From: Octopus bimaculoides
Taxonomy: Eukaryota
Reading direction: 5' to 3'
DNA length: 64,000 bases
NCBI RefSeq assembly: GCF_001194135.2
Contig: NC_068996.1
Location: 51,335,442 to 51,399,441, forward strand
Shown here: positions 1 through 11,995 of the stretch, piece by piece
How positions within the stretch are numbered: the stretch's first letter is position 1
How the letters are laid out: the number at the start of each line of letters is the position of its first letter
Translations under genes and position numbers: made by a program
Notes under the pieces: model-generated
The model's database searches: none
Told to the model about the DNA's origin: nothing
Seen by the model: the letters and a program-made list of their open reading frames with translations, nothing else

Positions 1-83
1 AAAACAAGATGAGGATAAATATCCGTCGAATGTAAATAATGTAAATAATGTACATAATTCCTCATCTCTTAAATATAGAACTG
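1..83 (+). mobile_element. 3' tail of the hammerhead-bearing Penelope-like non-autonomous element (rest lies upstream of window)
   Basis: aacaagatgaggataaatatccgtcgaatgtaaataatg...cctcatctcttaaatatagaactg matches the tail at about 30473-30554. Confidence 0.75.
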
Positions 84-571
84 AATGCTTTATTCTGTAG
101 TGATGAATTTTTATCATGACAAGTTGACTGAATCACTTTCAGTTTGACTGTTTTAAAATAGGCCGTTGTTTTTTCATGCTTGTTTTGGATTATATATCTT
201 GTAGAGAAGTACGGGGGGTGGCAGGGTTTCCCCCTTTATATTTCTACTTACTTCTTTTTTTCAAGCATTGTAGTTATATTTGTGATTTTACCAATAGATA
301 TTAAATTTAAGATTGGAAGCGAAATATGATGTTCCCAGTTTTATATCAGAACACAGTTTTAGGATTTCTACAGATTTTACTTTTCCATTTATAAGTTAGC
401 TACACAACAACCTGAATCAGTATTCTTCACCTCAAGAATTTGCAAGCAGCAAACATAAGAATTGTTAATGATGAATGAAAGAATTGTTAGCGGCAAACTG
501 ATAAGTTGTGTTTTCAATTTTATATTTTTATTAATCACTCAATTTATTTTCATGCTTCCCACTGCATTATA

Positions 572-2256
572 ATGAGCAAAGAAAAAGTAAAGTTGTACCA
601 GCAAAAATTCCGAAAGGAATGGCTTAAGATGCCAGCGTTTTCTAAGTGGTTGTGTGAAGTACCTAGTGACCAATCTAAAGCACATTGCAGATATTGTAGA
701 TGCAATATGTTGGCAAAATATTCTCTTTTAGTAAGCCACTGTGAAGCAAAGAAACTTAAGGCATCAACTCCACAACAAATGATTCCTCTTAGCAATTTTA
801 TTAAAACCAAAATTGATACAACATCTATGCTTGAAGCAAATTTAGCAAAGTTTATTTGTTGCCTCTCATCATTTAATTGCTGGGATCACTTAATAGAGTT
901 ATGTAAGAATCATATGTCTGATGGTGATATTATGTCCAAAGTGAAGTTGCATCGTACAAAATGTGCAAATATTGTAAGAAATGTTCTAGCTCCATATTTT
1001 GATGGAGATTTGATTTCTGATATAGGAGATAGAAAATTTAGTCTGTTATTAGATGAATCCAATGATATATTGATAAACAAGTTGTTAGGAATTGTTATCA
1101 TATATTATAGTGACACTCACAAAAAAGTGGTACATACATATCTCAGTATGGTATCTTTATAAATGTAATGCAGATGGCATTGTAGATGCCTTAAAAACTG
1201 AATTAGTAAAAAAGAAATCAGATATAAAAAATTGACTGGGTATAGGAACCAACAATGTTAGAGTAATGACAGGAGTCAACAATGGTGTTTTCCAGAAATT
1301 AAAAGAAGTTCCATCATTACTTCTATTTAGATGTGTATGTCATTCTTTACAGTTGGCAGTATCCCACACTTGTGCTGAATGCCAGCCCATAAATTTAGAA
1401 TTTTTAGTATCTGAAACCTATAAATGGTTCCCTCATTCTTCAACAAGACAAAGTGCCTACAAACAACTTTACCTTGCTATCAATGATAAAGAGCCTTTGA
1501 AGATAGTGAATTCTTTGTACAACTAGGTGGCTGTCAATAGAACCAGCTGTAAATAGAATTTTAAGCCAATGGTTTGAATTGCAAACTCACTTCCAAACTA
1601 CAACTACAAAAGAAAAATGCTTTACAGTACAAACGTTACATGAAATGTTTTGTGACTCTAGGAATGAATTTTACCTTTTATTTTTGCATCCAATTTTCAG
1701 GAAGTGAATAAATTGTTTGAATCAAACACTGTTGACAAAACAAAATTACTTGAAGTTCTTTCAAATTTAATCAAATCTGTTACTAATATGATAGCATTGC
1801 CAACAAGCAGAATTGATCCTCTTGATCCTGATGCTGCTATTGAAAAATCTTTGGATCCTAAACCAAATTTAGGCTACAGGTTCAACAGAAAGATAGCAGA
1901 AATGATTATCAAGAAGACTGTAACAGCCACCAATGGCCTGAAAAGATAAGGCAAATGTTGCAAAAACTTTGATATTCCAAAACACATAATTAACAAGATT
2001 AGGACCATAAATATATACAGAAGTCAAGACCTAGGTACAGCAGCTGAAAGTGATCAAATCAGTGAAATTCAAGAAATTATTTCTCAATGCCGAATATAAT
2101 TAAATAAAGTAAATAAAAATTAAGATTTTTGATATAATTAGTCTTCAGCATTTTTTTTTTTTCTTATTTAGCATTTTCTAGCATTTTCTTTTTTTTTTTT
2201 TGTATTTTTTCTACTGAAATTTAGCAAAAAATTGTGATTTTAAGATGGCAATACTG
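572..2256 (+). mobile_element. Degenerate hAT-superfamily DNA transposon (ZNF862/TTF-type zinc-finger transposase pseudogene)
   Basis: Broken ORFs: KFRKEW..W..CRYC..H (TTF-type zinc finger), FSLLLDESND (first catalytic Asp motif), RCVCHSLQLAV (CxxH). Stop/frameshift at 1160. Probable right TIR tggcaatactg at 2246-2256; left TIR not found. Confidence 0.8.
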
Positions 2257-2385
2257 GTTGGCCCAAAGCTATAGTAGAAGACACTTGCCCAAAGAGCCAT
2301 GCAGTGGGACTGAACCTGGAACCATGTGGTTGGGAAGCAAGCTTCTTACCACACACCCACTCATGCGCCTATGCATGATTTTTAA
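2257..2385 (-). mobile_element. 5' (tRNA-like/CORE-like) half of SINE family A, abutting the hAT right end
   Basis: gttggcccaaagctatagtagaagacacttgcccaaag...gggactgaacctggaaccatgtggttggg matches the reverse complement of the family A head. Confidence 0.75.
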
Positions 2386-3130
2386 AAAGTTAAAATAACT
2401 TACAAAAGAAAAGTTTTTTTCTTTTCTTCAGAAAACTATAAAAGTTTTGACAACTAAAAAAGNNNNNNNNNNNNNNNNNNNNNNNNNNNNNNNNNNNNNN
2501 NNNTTTTTTTTTTTTCTTATTTAGCATTTTCTAGCATTTTCTTTTTTTTTTTTTGTATTTTTTCTACTGAAATTTAGCAAAAAATTGTGATTTTAAGATG
2601 GCAATACTGGTTGGCCCAAAGCTATAGTAGAAGACACTTGCCCAAAGAGCCATGCAGTGGGACTGAACCTGGAACCATGTGGTTGGGAAGCAAGCTTCTT
2701 ACCACACACCCACTCATGCGCCTATGCATGATTTTTAAAAAGTTAAAATAACTTACAAAAGAAAAGTTTTTTTCTTTTCTTCAGAAAACTATAAAAGTTT
2801 TGACAACTAAAAAAGAAAAAAATTACTTCGTGTGAATATCAAGGACAACACTATATTTACGTCATTGTTTGGATTTACAGAAATATATTTATTTATTTAC
2901 TTATTTGTTTATTTATTTATTTATTTATTAAAACGATTCGACACCGAATGGGTTACGCCTTTTCAACTATTAAAAAAAAGCAGAAAAAAAAAAGAAAGAA
3001 AAGGAACTGCTCCGCTTTTGTAAACGGCAGTAAAGTTCTCAGAACTATAACCAAATGAAAAAAACGTAGGCTACTTCGCCGAGACGGGGAGGATAAGTTA
3101 GTTTCCCTTCATTACCATATGCATGAGTTC

Positions 3131-3397
3131 TACGTCACTACCGACGCATTACCTTGTGACCATATACGGATGGCCAACAATAGCGATGAGGTAATGTATC
3201 TATATTTAGAAAATTACTCATTGGCTGTTGGTGAGTCAGAGAGTATATAAGCGTGTTGAGGTATTTCCCCTTCACAATTTTCACAGACTGAGTCATAGAC
3301 TGCGGCGGAGGTCTCTGAGAGCGATAGAGGGAGAAGGTGTGTGTGCTCGTGCTAGAGAGGGAGGGTAAACTTAGCGGAAGTGTAAAAGCTTGACTCA
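3131..3397 (+). promoter_or_regulatory. Fos: Fos core promoter and proximal elements
   Basis: TATATAAG 3244-3251; CRE-like TACGTCA 3131-3137; CArG-like CCATATACGG 3160-3169; MEF2 consensus CTATATTTAG 3200-3209; reverse CCAAT 3220-3224; AP-1 TGAGTCA 3232-3238 and 3289-3295, TGACTCA 3391-3397; ETS-like CGGAAGT 3375-3381. TSS not mapped. Confidence 0.65.
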
Positions 3398-3857
3398 CAG
3401 GCCTACGATATATTACTACCACCTCTGATCACTGAACTGTTTTTGGTGTTTGAAAAAAAAAAAAGGAAAGAAAGAACCCACACATACATACACACACTTT
3501 CAAAGAATAGAAAATACAAGATTGATAAAAAAAAAAAAAAATTAAAAATTGAAAATTCGATCTTCGATCTTCAAGAACCAATATATATATAAACGCATGA
3601 AAAGATATCGCACAATTCACGGTTCACACCTCTGCACTGGACATTGAACAACGCATTAATGAAAGAAATCGAAAACAATAGACTTCGTAGAAAGACAGTT
3701 CGAAAAGCAATACTTTTCTTTTTTAACAATTATTTGAAAAATCCATCCTAAACAAAACAGATATATATATTTTTTTCCCATTCCCGGTTTGTTTCAAAGT
3801 AAAATTACTTGAAATCGTTTCGTTAACGATTGAAATATTAAGTTGAAAGATAATACA

Positions 3858-4028
3858 ATGTACAATTCGAGAGAAAAGGAAGCCGGTAGTAGTAGCAATA
3901 CACCTAGCGTGTCTACTAGCGTTACAACGACCAACATTACCAATTATACCAACAGTCATCACCAGGATTCTAAATACGTGGCTGACATCCTGTCATCTAT
4001 GGCAAACGGAGACCCTGTTTCCCAGAAT
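3858..4028 (+). CDS. Fos: Fos-family bZIP transcription factor, coding exon 1 (57 aa, MYNSREKE...DPVSQN)
   Basis: ATG at 3858; phase-0 donor AAT|GTGAGT at 4029 joins exon 2 in frame; VADILSSMA resembles an N-terminal motif of invertebrate Fos. Confidence 0.75.
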
Positions 4029-5262
4029 GTGAGTACAACGTTCTATCCACCGTATTACTAGTTGTCATTCTAAGCTATTAGTCACTCTGCTAACACAGCG
4101 TACCAGCTGACCTCGTTTGTTGTGGTGCCTCTGTAGAGGCATGCCTTTCACAGTACCCCGGATGGTTTAAATACTATGAACAGACCCTAGACACACAGAT
4201 CATGGACAACTTAGCCTCTAGTTAGTCGTCGTCACACCTCCTAGGACTCCCCTCAGTCAAAATTTTGTACACCTACCTGCACATGTCTTTAGTGTTTATA
4301 TACATTACACACAACTGTCTCTGCCTACTATTCCCAAACATTTCATACCGATTGGTTGCATTACTTAGCTATCTCTTTTATCTGCAATTACTTTACTATT
4401 TCTTTTTTTTTTTAACTTTAGTTTGAAACATTATTTTTTTCATTTATAGTTTCTTACAGCTTTTTTTTCCCCTAACTTAAATAGTTTTTGCTTCATTTCT
4501 CCCAACACCTTTTCCACAACTTTCGCTTTTGCGGGATAGTTTGTAGAATTTTGTTTGTCTATACAAAACCATTTAAATGTACTACTTAGACCCAAACTAC
4601 ATGAATTCTTACAATGAATCGTGCCGTTATAATCGGCCGCGAGGATCCATGCATCAGACACATTCTCATTATGAGGTTAGTTTTAAAACTTATTTATTCA
4701 GTCGCAGGAATTTAATCTAAAGTAAATATGATTTCATACAAAAAAAAGCTGCGCGCCAATGTTTTTTCGATAAGCAATTATTTTCGCTTTTTTCTTCTGC
4801 TCTTATATTTGTTTACCTACGATTGGAGCACTAAAACCTATTATTTTATCACCTTTTTTTTTATAATCCAATTTTGCTCTCTCTAGCTTAAATAAATACA
4901 TGATATTCTTGACCTAGGTTTTATTAAACAAAACACCACACACAATATGCAGTTTCATTTCGGTAAAATCAAAATCAATTCTGTAGAAAGTAAACGATAA
5001 CTTAAAAGTCAAGATCTATTAGTATAGCATACTAAGTCTAAACTTATATTCTGTTATAATTGTTTTGAATGATGAATAAGGAATTAATACCATATCCCCG
5101 ATGCCAGATCTATGGTAAAAAAAGGTGTATATATATATATATATACATGCGCACACACAACACACGAATGTATGCATATGTCACTCTCTACAGGTATATG
5201 ATTAAGATAGATGTTTGATTCTAAATACTTAGTAAACTCGGTTTCCATTTGATATTTTACAG

Positions 5263-5634
5263 CAATATTCTCTACCTGGATTTGTTTGCGGAGTTACAAC
5301 GGCAACGACACCGACGTTAACACCAACAACTTTAGTCAACTTGGAACAAGCCTTCATCGAACTTCAATCGGTTCCAGTAAGTTCAGCAAACCAAGATCCA
5401 CTCACACAAAGTGGATTTGTACCACCCATAGTAGAGCCTGTTGGAGTTAGTTCAAATGACCACATTTCATCTAACTCCGCGGGCACCGCAAATTCTGGTG
5501 CGTCCATGGATCGTTACCAATACGACTCTGATGATCCCGAATGGGAGCCTAAAAGACCACGTTCATCCACTGGTAGCAGTGCATCTTCCAAGGGATCCCC
5601 TACATACAGTTCTTCCTCAAGACAAGATAAAAAA
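5263..5634 (+). CDS. Fos: Fos coding exon 2 (124 aa, QYSLPGF...SSRQDKK)
   Basis: Acceptor ttttacag|CAA; TTPTLTPTTL and SGFVPP motifs typical of invertebrate Fos/Kayak; phase-0 donor AAA|GTGAGT at 5635. Confidence 0.9.
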
Positions 5635-7177
5635 GTGAGTGTGCTTAAATGTCAAATTAAAGAAGAAAGGGTAATCTTTCATAGCACCTTTTTTCTTCCT
5701 TTATTTGTAAACATTATTCACTTTGTTATTCCTTTCTTTCTTATTCCGTGATTCTATGTTTGAACCGATTCGATATATTCTGCTTTAAAGTAACTTACAT
5801 AGTCTTAACTATAAACTTAACTCTAATATTGATATGTTGTTCATCAGTTCATTCTTAATTCAGTTGAAGCTCATTGAACTAGTCTGGTTTTAAGTAAGAT
5901 TCGCGAAAAAATATCGCCTAAATTAAATTACATTTGCGAAATTAGTCTATAATTTATTTAAAAGAAGCTAAAAACAGTCATACAGCAAGCAATCCATTTT
6001 TTAATTCAAAATAACACATGAAACTTTATTTTTCTCAAGTAAATAAACTCCTTTTCTTGTTTTCTTTTTATTGTGTCAGTAGTAGTAATATTTTATTCGT
6101 TTCGCCAAAATTTGTAACTAACCCAACTACTATAAACTTAGTGATCCCTTAAGTTTTTAGCATTCTAGTAATTATAATTCCTATTTTCTCTTAACGTGAA
6201 AATAGAAATTTCCATTTATTATCGATAATACAAAAACTATACTTGTAAATATGAATATTCGTTGAATACAATTTGTCTCCTTACATAGAGTTTAATGACA
6301 TTTAATGACGACAAGTACCCACATGGTTTAAGTTTGTGATCATAAAAATTACATGACCGTGCCGTTTTCTGGGGTCTTTTTTTACTTTAAGCTTTTGTCA
6401 ACAACCTAGTTTCGATTTTATTTATGATTCTTTTTTGTTGGATACAACGGACAACATTTACAACTGCTCTTTCTATAAAATTTATACGTCGACCTCATTT
6501 GTACGAAAATAGTTCTTTAATTAAACCTATTCACAAACAGTAATGTTTGTTTTAATTTCTTGTTTAAACAGTTCGTTCTTAGATGTTCTCTTTCTCCTGT
6601 TTTTCGTTCATTCTCCGTGGACTAGAAGATTTAACTAATAAAGCATGATGCAATCTAAGTTAATCTTGAGCTGTATTCAGTGTTCTTATCATTAACACAG
6701 AAATGAAATCATGGCGTTTTGTGAATCTATACACACACATCCAACGACACATGTACAGATTGCTATTCCGTTAAAGTAGAATCAACAAAAACGGGTTCCA
6801 TCTAGTGAGAGATATATATCATTTAATGTACACAATATAAAGATATGAACTACTAGTAGTTTCTTGCCGTGGAGACACCGTAACTGGGCAGATTTGTATA
6901 ACATGCCGTGTGTCTCCCCGCAATCCATCGGCTCAAGGATGTGTGCGATTGTGTATGTTTATATTGTACTATACTACAAAATATCTTTAGGTTCGAAGTT
7001 AACACTATACGTAAACACCTTATCTGTATACAATATCTTCTGAATTTTTGGATATAGGTACACACACACACATATATATATATTATGAATGTGTACATGT
7101 AGACAAAATTTACTTGGAAGACGATGAATGTATTTATATACGTATATATTCATATATATATATATATATATATATAT

Positions 7178-7349
7178 AGGGAGAATTCACAAAAAAACAA
7201 CAGACGAAGACAGGTGGTGTAGAAAACAAATAGATGTATTAGTATAACACTTGGGAATTGAAAAAGTCTTTTACGTTTCGAGCCTACGCTCTTCCACGGA
7301 AAGAAACAAGGAGAGAAAATAAAGAATGTGTAGTGGTTAGCTATCTATC

Positions 7350-7350
<1 letters not shown>
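7178..7350 (-). mobile_element. Short Penelope-like non-autonomous element, family H2 (hammerhead-like), in Fos intron 2
   Basis: Homologous to 36885-37020 and 49345-49530; carries GAGC-GTAG-GCTC-GAAACGTA motif at 7267-7304; abuts (TA)n. Confidence 0.65.
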
Positions 7351-7399
<49 letters not shown>

Positions 7400-7630
7400 A
7401 AAGCCTTGTGAGTGGATTTGGTAGACGGAAACTGAAAGAAACCCGTCGTATATATGTATATACATATATATGTGTGTCTGTGTTAACGTCCCCGTAAACT
7501 AGCGGTTCGGCAAAAGAGACCGATAGAATAAGTACTAGGCTTACAAAGAATAAGTCTTGGGATCGATTTGCTCGACTAAAGGCGGTGCTCCAGCATTGCC
7601 ACAGTCAAATGACTGAAACAAGTAAAAGAG
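7400..7630 (+). mobile_element. SINE family A, 5'-truncated, CpG-rich copy
   Basis: aaagccttgtgagtggatttggtagacggaaactgaaagaa - TA/TG tract - tail ending gactgaaacaagtaaaagag. Confidence 0.8.
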
Positions 7631-9425
7631 TATGTGTGTATATATATATATATATATNNNNNNNNNNNNNNNNNNNNNNNNNNNNNNNNNNNNNNNNNNN
7701 NNNNNNNNNNNNNNNNNNNNNNNNNNNNNNNNNNNNNNNNNNNNNNNNNNNNNNNNNNNNNNNNNNNNNNNNNNNNNNNNNNNNNNNNNNNNNNNNNNNN
7801 NNNNNNNNNNNNNNNNNNNNNNNNNNNNNNNNNNNNNNNNNNNNNNNNNNNNNNNNNNNNNNNNNNNNNNNNNNNNNNNNNNNNNNNNNNNNNNNNNNNN
7901 NNNNNNNNNNNNNNNNNNNNNNNNNNNNNNNNNNNNNNNNNNNNNNNNNNNNNNNNNNNNNNNNNNNNNNNNNNNNNNNNNNNNNNNNNNNNNNNNNNNN
8001 NNNNNNNNNNNNNNNNNNNNNNNNNNNNNNNNNNNNNNNNNNNNNNNNNNNNNNNNNNNNNNNNNNNNNNNNNNNNNNNNNNNNNNNNNNNNNNNNNNNN
8101 NNNNNNNNNNNNNNNNNNNNNNNNNNNNNNNNNNNNNNNNNNNNNNNNNNNNNNNNNNNNNNNNNNNNNNNNNNNNNNNNNNNNNNNNNNNNNNNNNNNN
8201 NNNNNNNNNNNNNNNNNNNNNNNNNNNNNNNNNNNNNNNNNNNNNNNNNNNNNNNNNNNNNNNNNNNNNNNNNNNNNNNNNNNNNNNNNNNNNNNNNNNN
8301 NNNNNNNNNNNNNNNNNNNNNNNNNNNNNNNNNNNNNNNNNNNNNNNNNNNNNNNNNNNNNNNNNNNNNNNNNNNNNNNNNNNNNNNNNNNNNTATATAT
8401 ATATATATATATATATATTTGTATATATATTTATATATATTATATATTTTTTGTGTATATTCATCGAAAGATCGTAAACATGAACGTGTGTGTGTGTGTA
8501 TCTCTGTGTGTGTTATGTATATAGTCTTAAAATAGATATAACCACATGTGAATCTTTTTTCGGTTATTCACTTTATTAAACTTTCTTTGTGCGCAGATTT
8601 ATCGATTAAACGAGAGAGAGAGAGATCTGAAAGTTCTAGTTTGTATTATTTTCGTTTGTCATTATACTCTCTCTCTCTCTCTCTCTTCTCCCCACCCCTC
8701 GGGTACTTGTCGGTGACCGACTAAAATACGCAACTTTTTCATACTAGTTTTCAGACAGCCAATCTACTGTTGTACTAAGCTAGACTTCTATTTTTTCCCG
8801 TGATAATTATATAGCAGTCGTTTAGGTCGTCGTCTCTCTTTTAAGTGCTGGCTGGAATGAGAACAAAACTTCTTTGTTTCTTTCTTTATTTTATTTTCAT
8901 TAGCCTTCGCACTCCAAATGATAGTAGGCTTTCTTTCTAGTTAAGTCTGTCATTGTTATTAATTCAATGAGAAACACTAGAACAGTGCGTCGGAATAAAA
9001 AGAGTTTATTTGTTTAATACATTCTCTGCATTCTCCATAGATGTTCGTTCCCATGTTAGAAACATTAGATGTTTATTTTCTTGTCGTTATAACATATCAT
9101 CTTTGAAGAAATAAAGAGTTAAATTTGTGTTTCTATTTTTGCCAGTTTTATACATAGTCGTCTCGATACTGCTTCTAATTTTGTGTAGTAGCAGAACAGA
9201 TTGGGAATACATGATTCAAATTAAAACCGGTATTAAAGGAAGCTGAAGCCTTTTACCTATTTTAATTTCTGTTATATATTCTGACATAGGTCTCTTACCT
9301 GATAAAATTAACTTCTTAGGCTAATACAACAATCAGGTTTTATTAATTGGTAGCCATTTTGATGTTACTTTGTTCTTACTCTTTGTTCGGGGTTTATTCG
9401 ACGTAACCTCGTATTGTGTGGAGGG

Positions 9426-9478
<53 letters not shown>

Positions 9479-10654
9479 TGTGTGTATATATACACACATA
9501 CACGTGTGTGTGTCTAGATACATATACACACGTGTGTATATAAATATGTATATTTACATATATACATCTATACGCACACTTGTATATAAAGAATATGAAC
9601 TCTATATATGCGTATATATAGGCAGATAGATAGATTGGTGTTTCTTTGGTGGCACTCACTTCTTCATAATTATCATGTATATCTACAATACAATGCATGC
9701 TTTGTTCGAGAGCTAAGAATCTAATAGTTAAGTTTTTTTCATAATTTAGATGTTTAGTTTTAAATATCAAAATTTCTTGAGTACAAAACACCGCTTCTTT
9801 AATTCCAGTTATTGTTCCTTATATTCAATCCCCTTATATATATATGTGTGTGTATGGTGTGTATATATATATGTGTGTGTGTGTTCTATGTGCATATTAA
9901 AAAATATAAATGAAAAAACCATTTCAAATATTAATATAACAAAATGTTTTCGAATACACACAAACACACACACANNNNNNNNNNNNNNNNNNNNNNNNNN
10001 NNNNNNNNNNNNNNNNNNNNNNNNNNNNNNNNNNNNNNNNNNNNNNNNNNNNNNNNNNNNNNNNNNNNNNNNNNNNNNNNNNNNNNNNNNNNNNNNNNNN
10101 NNNNNNNNNNNNNNNNNNNNNNNNNNNNNNNNNNNNNNNNNNNNNNNNNNNNNNNNNNNNNNNNNNNNNNNNATATATATAATACAAATAATAAATGAGT
10201 ATATGCATATATACGTACATGTATGTATATATATATATAATACAAATAATAAATGAGTATATGCATATATACGTACATGTATGTATGTATATATATATAT
10301 ATATATATAAGAGCGTTGTAGCTTGCTTGAAGCATTAGAGTACAAAAGTAGAATAATAGAAATGAGAAACAAGGAATGCACCAAACAATGCAAAATGTTT
10401 AAAAACCTCTCGCTTCATTTTGATAACCCTTATATACATATTTCGGTCACAAAAGCCTATCATCTGAAGTAAATGGTATTTTAATCAACATGGCCAGTAA
10501 TGTATAATCTAGCATTTCTTCATTGTTTACTTCTTACGAAGGACCTTTGTGTTTGATATACAAAGATTATTTAACTTGCTCCTTTTCGCATTGTCAATAG
10601 CTCTGTCTTTACTATTTTACTTCTTTATCACAAACGCTGCAGACAAGCCGCAAC

Positions 10655-11639
10655 GCTTGGCTGCGTGGTAAGAAGTTTGCTTCCCAACAACATGGTTCCA
10701 GGGTTATCCTTACTGCATGGCACCTTGGCCTTGTTTCTTCTAAAGTCTTAGGCCAGCCAAAACCTTGTGAGTGGTTTTGGTAGGTAGAAACTCAAAGAAG
10801 CCTCTCTGTGTATGTGGTTGTATGGTCAGAAGCTTGCTTCCCAACCACATGGTTCCAGGTTCAGTCCCACTACGTGGCACCTTGAGCAAGTGTCTTCAAC
10901 TATAGCTTGGGACCGACCAATGCCCTGCGTGCGAATTTAGTAGATAGGAACTAAAAGAAGCTCCTCAAATGTGTGTGTGTGTGTATCAATAATGGGGAAG
11001 TCTGGTTTATGGGATTACCGTTGGTTTCCTGTCCATAAAGGGTTTAGCTTTACGGACGGGAAACCTAAGGTAATCCCATAAACCGGACTTCCCCATTTTT
11101 AATATATACTGTTCTACATCTTGGAGTGTGCTTCTTCTTTCGGATTTGTTTTCTACAAACGGTGTGTGTGTTTTCCCCCCACTACCTCTTAACAACTGGT
11201 GTTGGTGTGCTTATGTCCCCATAACTTAGTGGTTCAGCAAAAAAGATTGATAGACTAAGTACCAGGCTTAGAAAGAGAAAAGTACTGGGATTGACTCATT
11301 TGGCTAAAATTCTTCAAGGCAGTGCCCCAGTATGGCCACGGCCTAATGACTGAAACAAGTAAGGAAAAAAGTGCCATGTTTGTATCTTTTTGTTTGTGTT
11401 TGTCCCCCACCACTGCTTGACGACCAGTCTTGATGTGTTCTGTTCCCTGTAACTTAGCAGTTCAGCAAAAGCGACCACACAACGTGGCTGTGTGGTAAGT
11501 AGCTTGCTTACCAACCACATGGTTCCGGGTTCATTCCCACTGTGTGGCACCTTGGGCAAATGTCTTTTACTATAGCCTTAGGCCAACCACAGCCTTGTGA
11601 GTGGATTTGGTAGAAGGAAACTGAAAGAAGCTTGTCATC

Positions 11640-11672
<33 letters not shown>

Positions 11673-11995
11673 GTATGTTTGTGTGTCTGTGTTTGTCCGC
11701 CACACCATAGCTTGACAACCAATGCTGGTGTGTTTACTCCCTGTAACTTATCAGTTCGGCAAAAAGAGACCAATAGAATAAGTATTAGGCTTACAAAGAA
11801 TAAGTCCTGGGGTCGATTTGTTCGACTAAAGGTAGTGCTCCAGCATGGCTGCAGTCACATGACTGAAACAAATAAAAGAATTGGTACCAGGCTTCAGAAA
11901 ATATGTACTGGGGTTGATTTGTTCAACTAAACCCTTCAACAAGCAGTGCCCCGGCATAACTACAGCCCAATGAATGAAACAAGTAAAAGATGAAA
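10655..11995 (+). mobile_element. Cluster of tandem SINE family A heads and tails
   Basis: Heads (gtggtaag...ggttcagtccca...caccttgggcaagtgtctt) near 10655, 10820 and 11485; tails near 11160, 11385 and 11670-11995. Confidence 0.8.
10991..11097. repeat. Near-perfect 107-bp palindrome/hairpin
   Basis: aatggggaagtctggtttatgggattacc...ataaag / ctttac...ggtaatcccataaaccggacttccccatt; arms about 50 bp, 7-nt loop. Confidence 0.9.

Noticed and set aside
2504-2815. Apparently exact 312-bp tandem duplication of 2151-2462
   Set aside because: The identical copies flank a 41-N gap, typical of unmerged overlapping contig ends
5635-5751. Extension of the ORF-track protein past Fos exon 2
   Set aside because: Strong GTGAGT donor at 5635; the extension is T-rich intronic sequence
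7541-8535. Long ORFs in the track (also about 27.3 kb, 32 kb, 35.4 kb, 42.6 kb, 44 kb, 48.5 kb, 52.7 kb)
   Set aside because: They are open only because they run through N gaps
10173-10290. About 60-bp tandem duplication
   Set aside because: Adjacent to a gap in TA-rich sequence; artefact or trivial slippage
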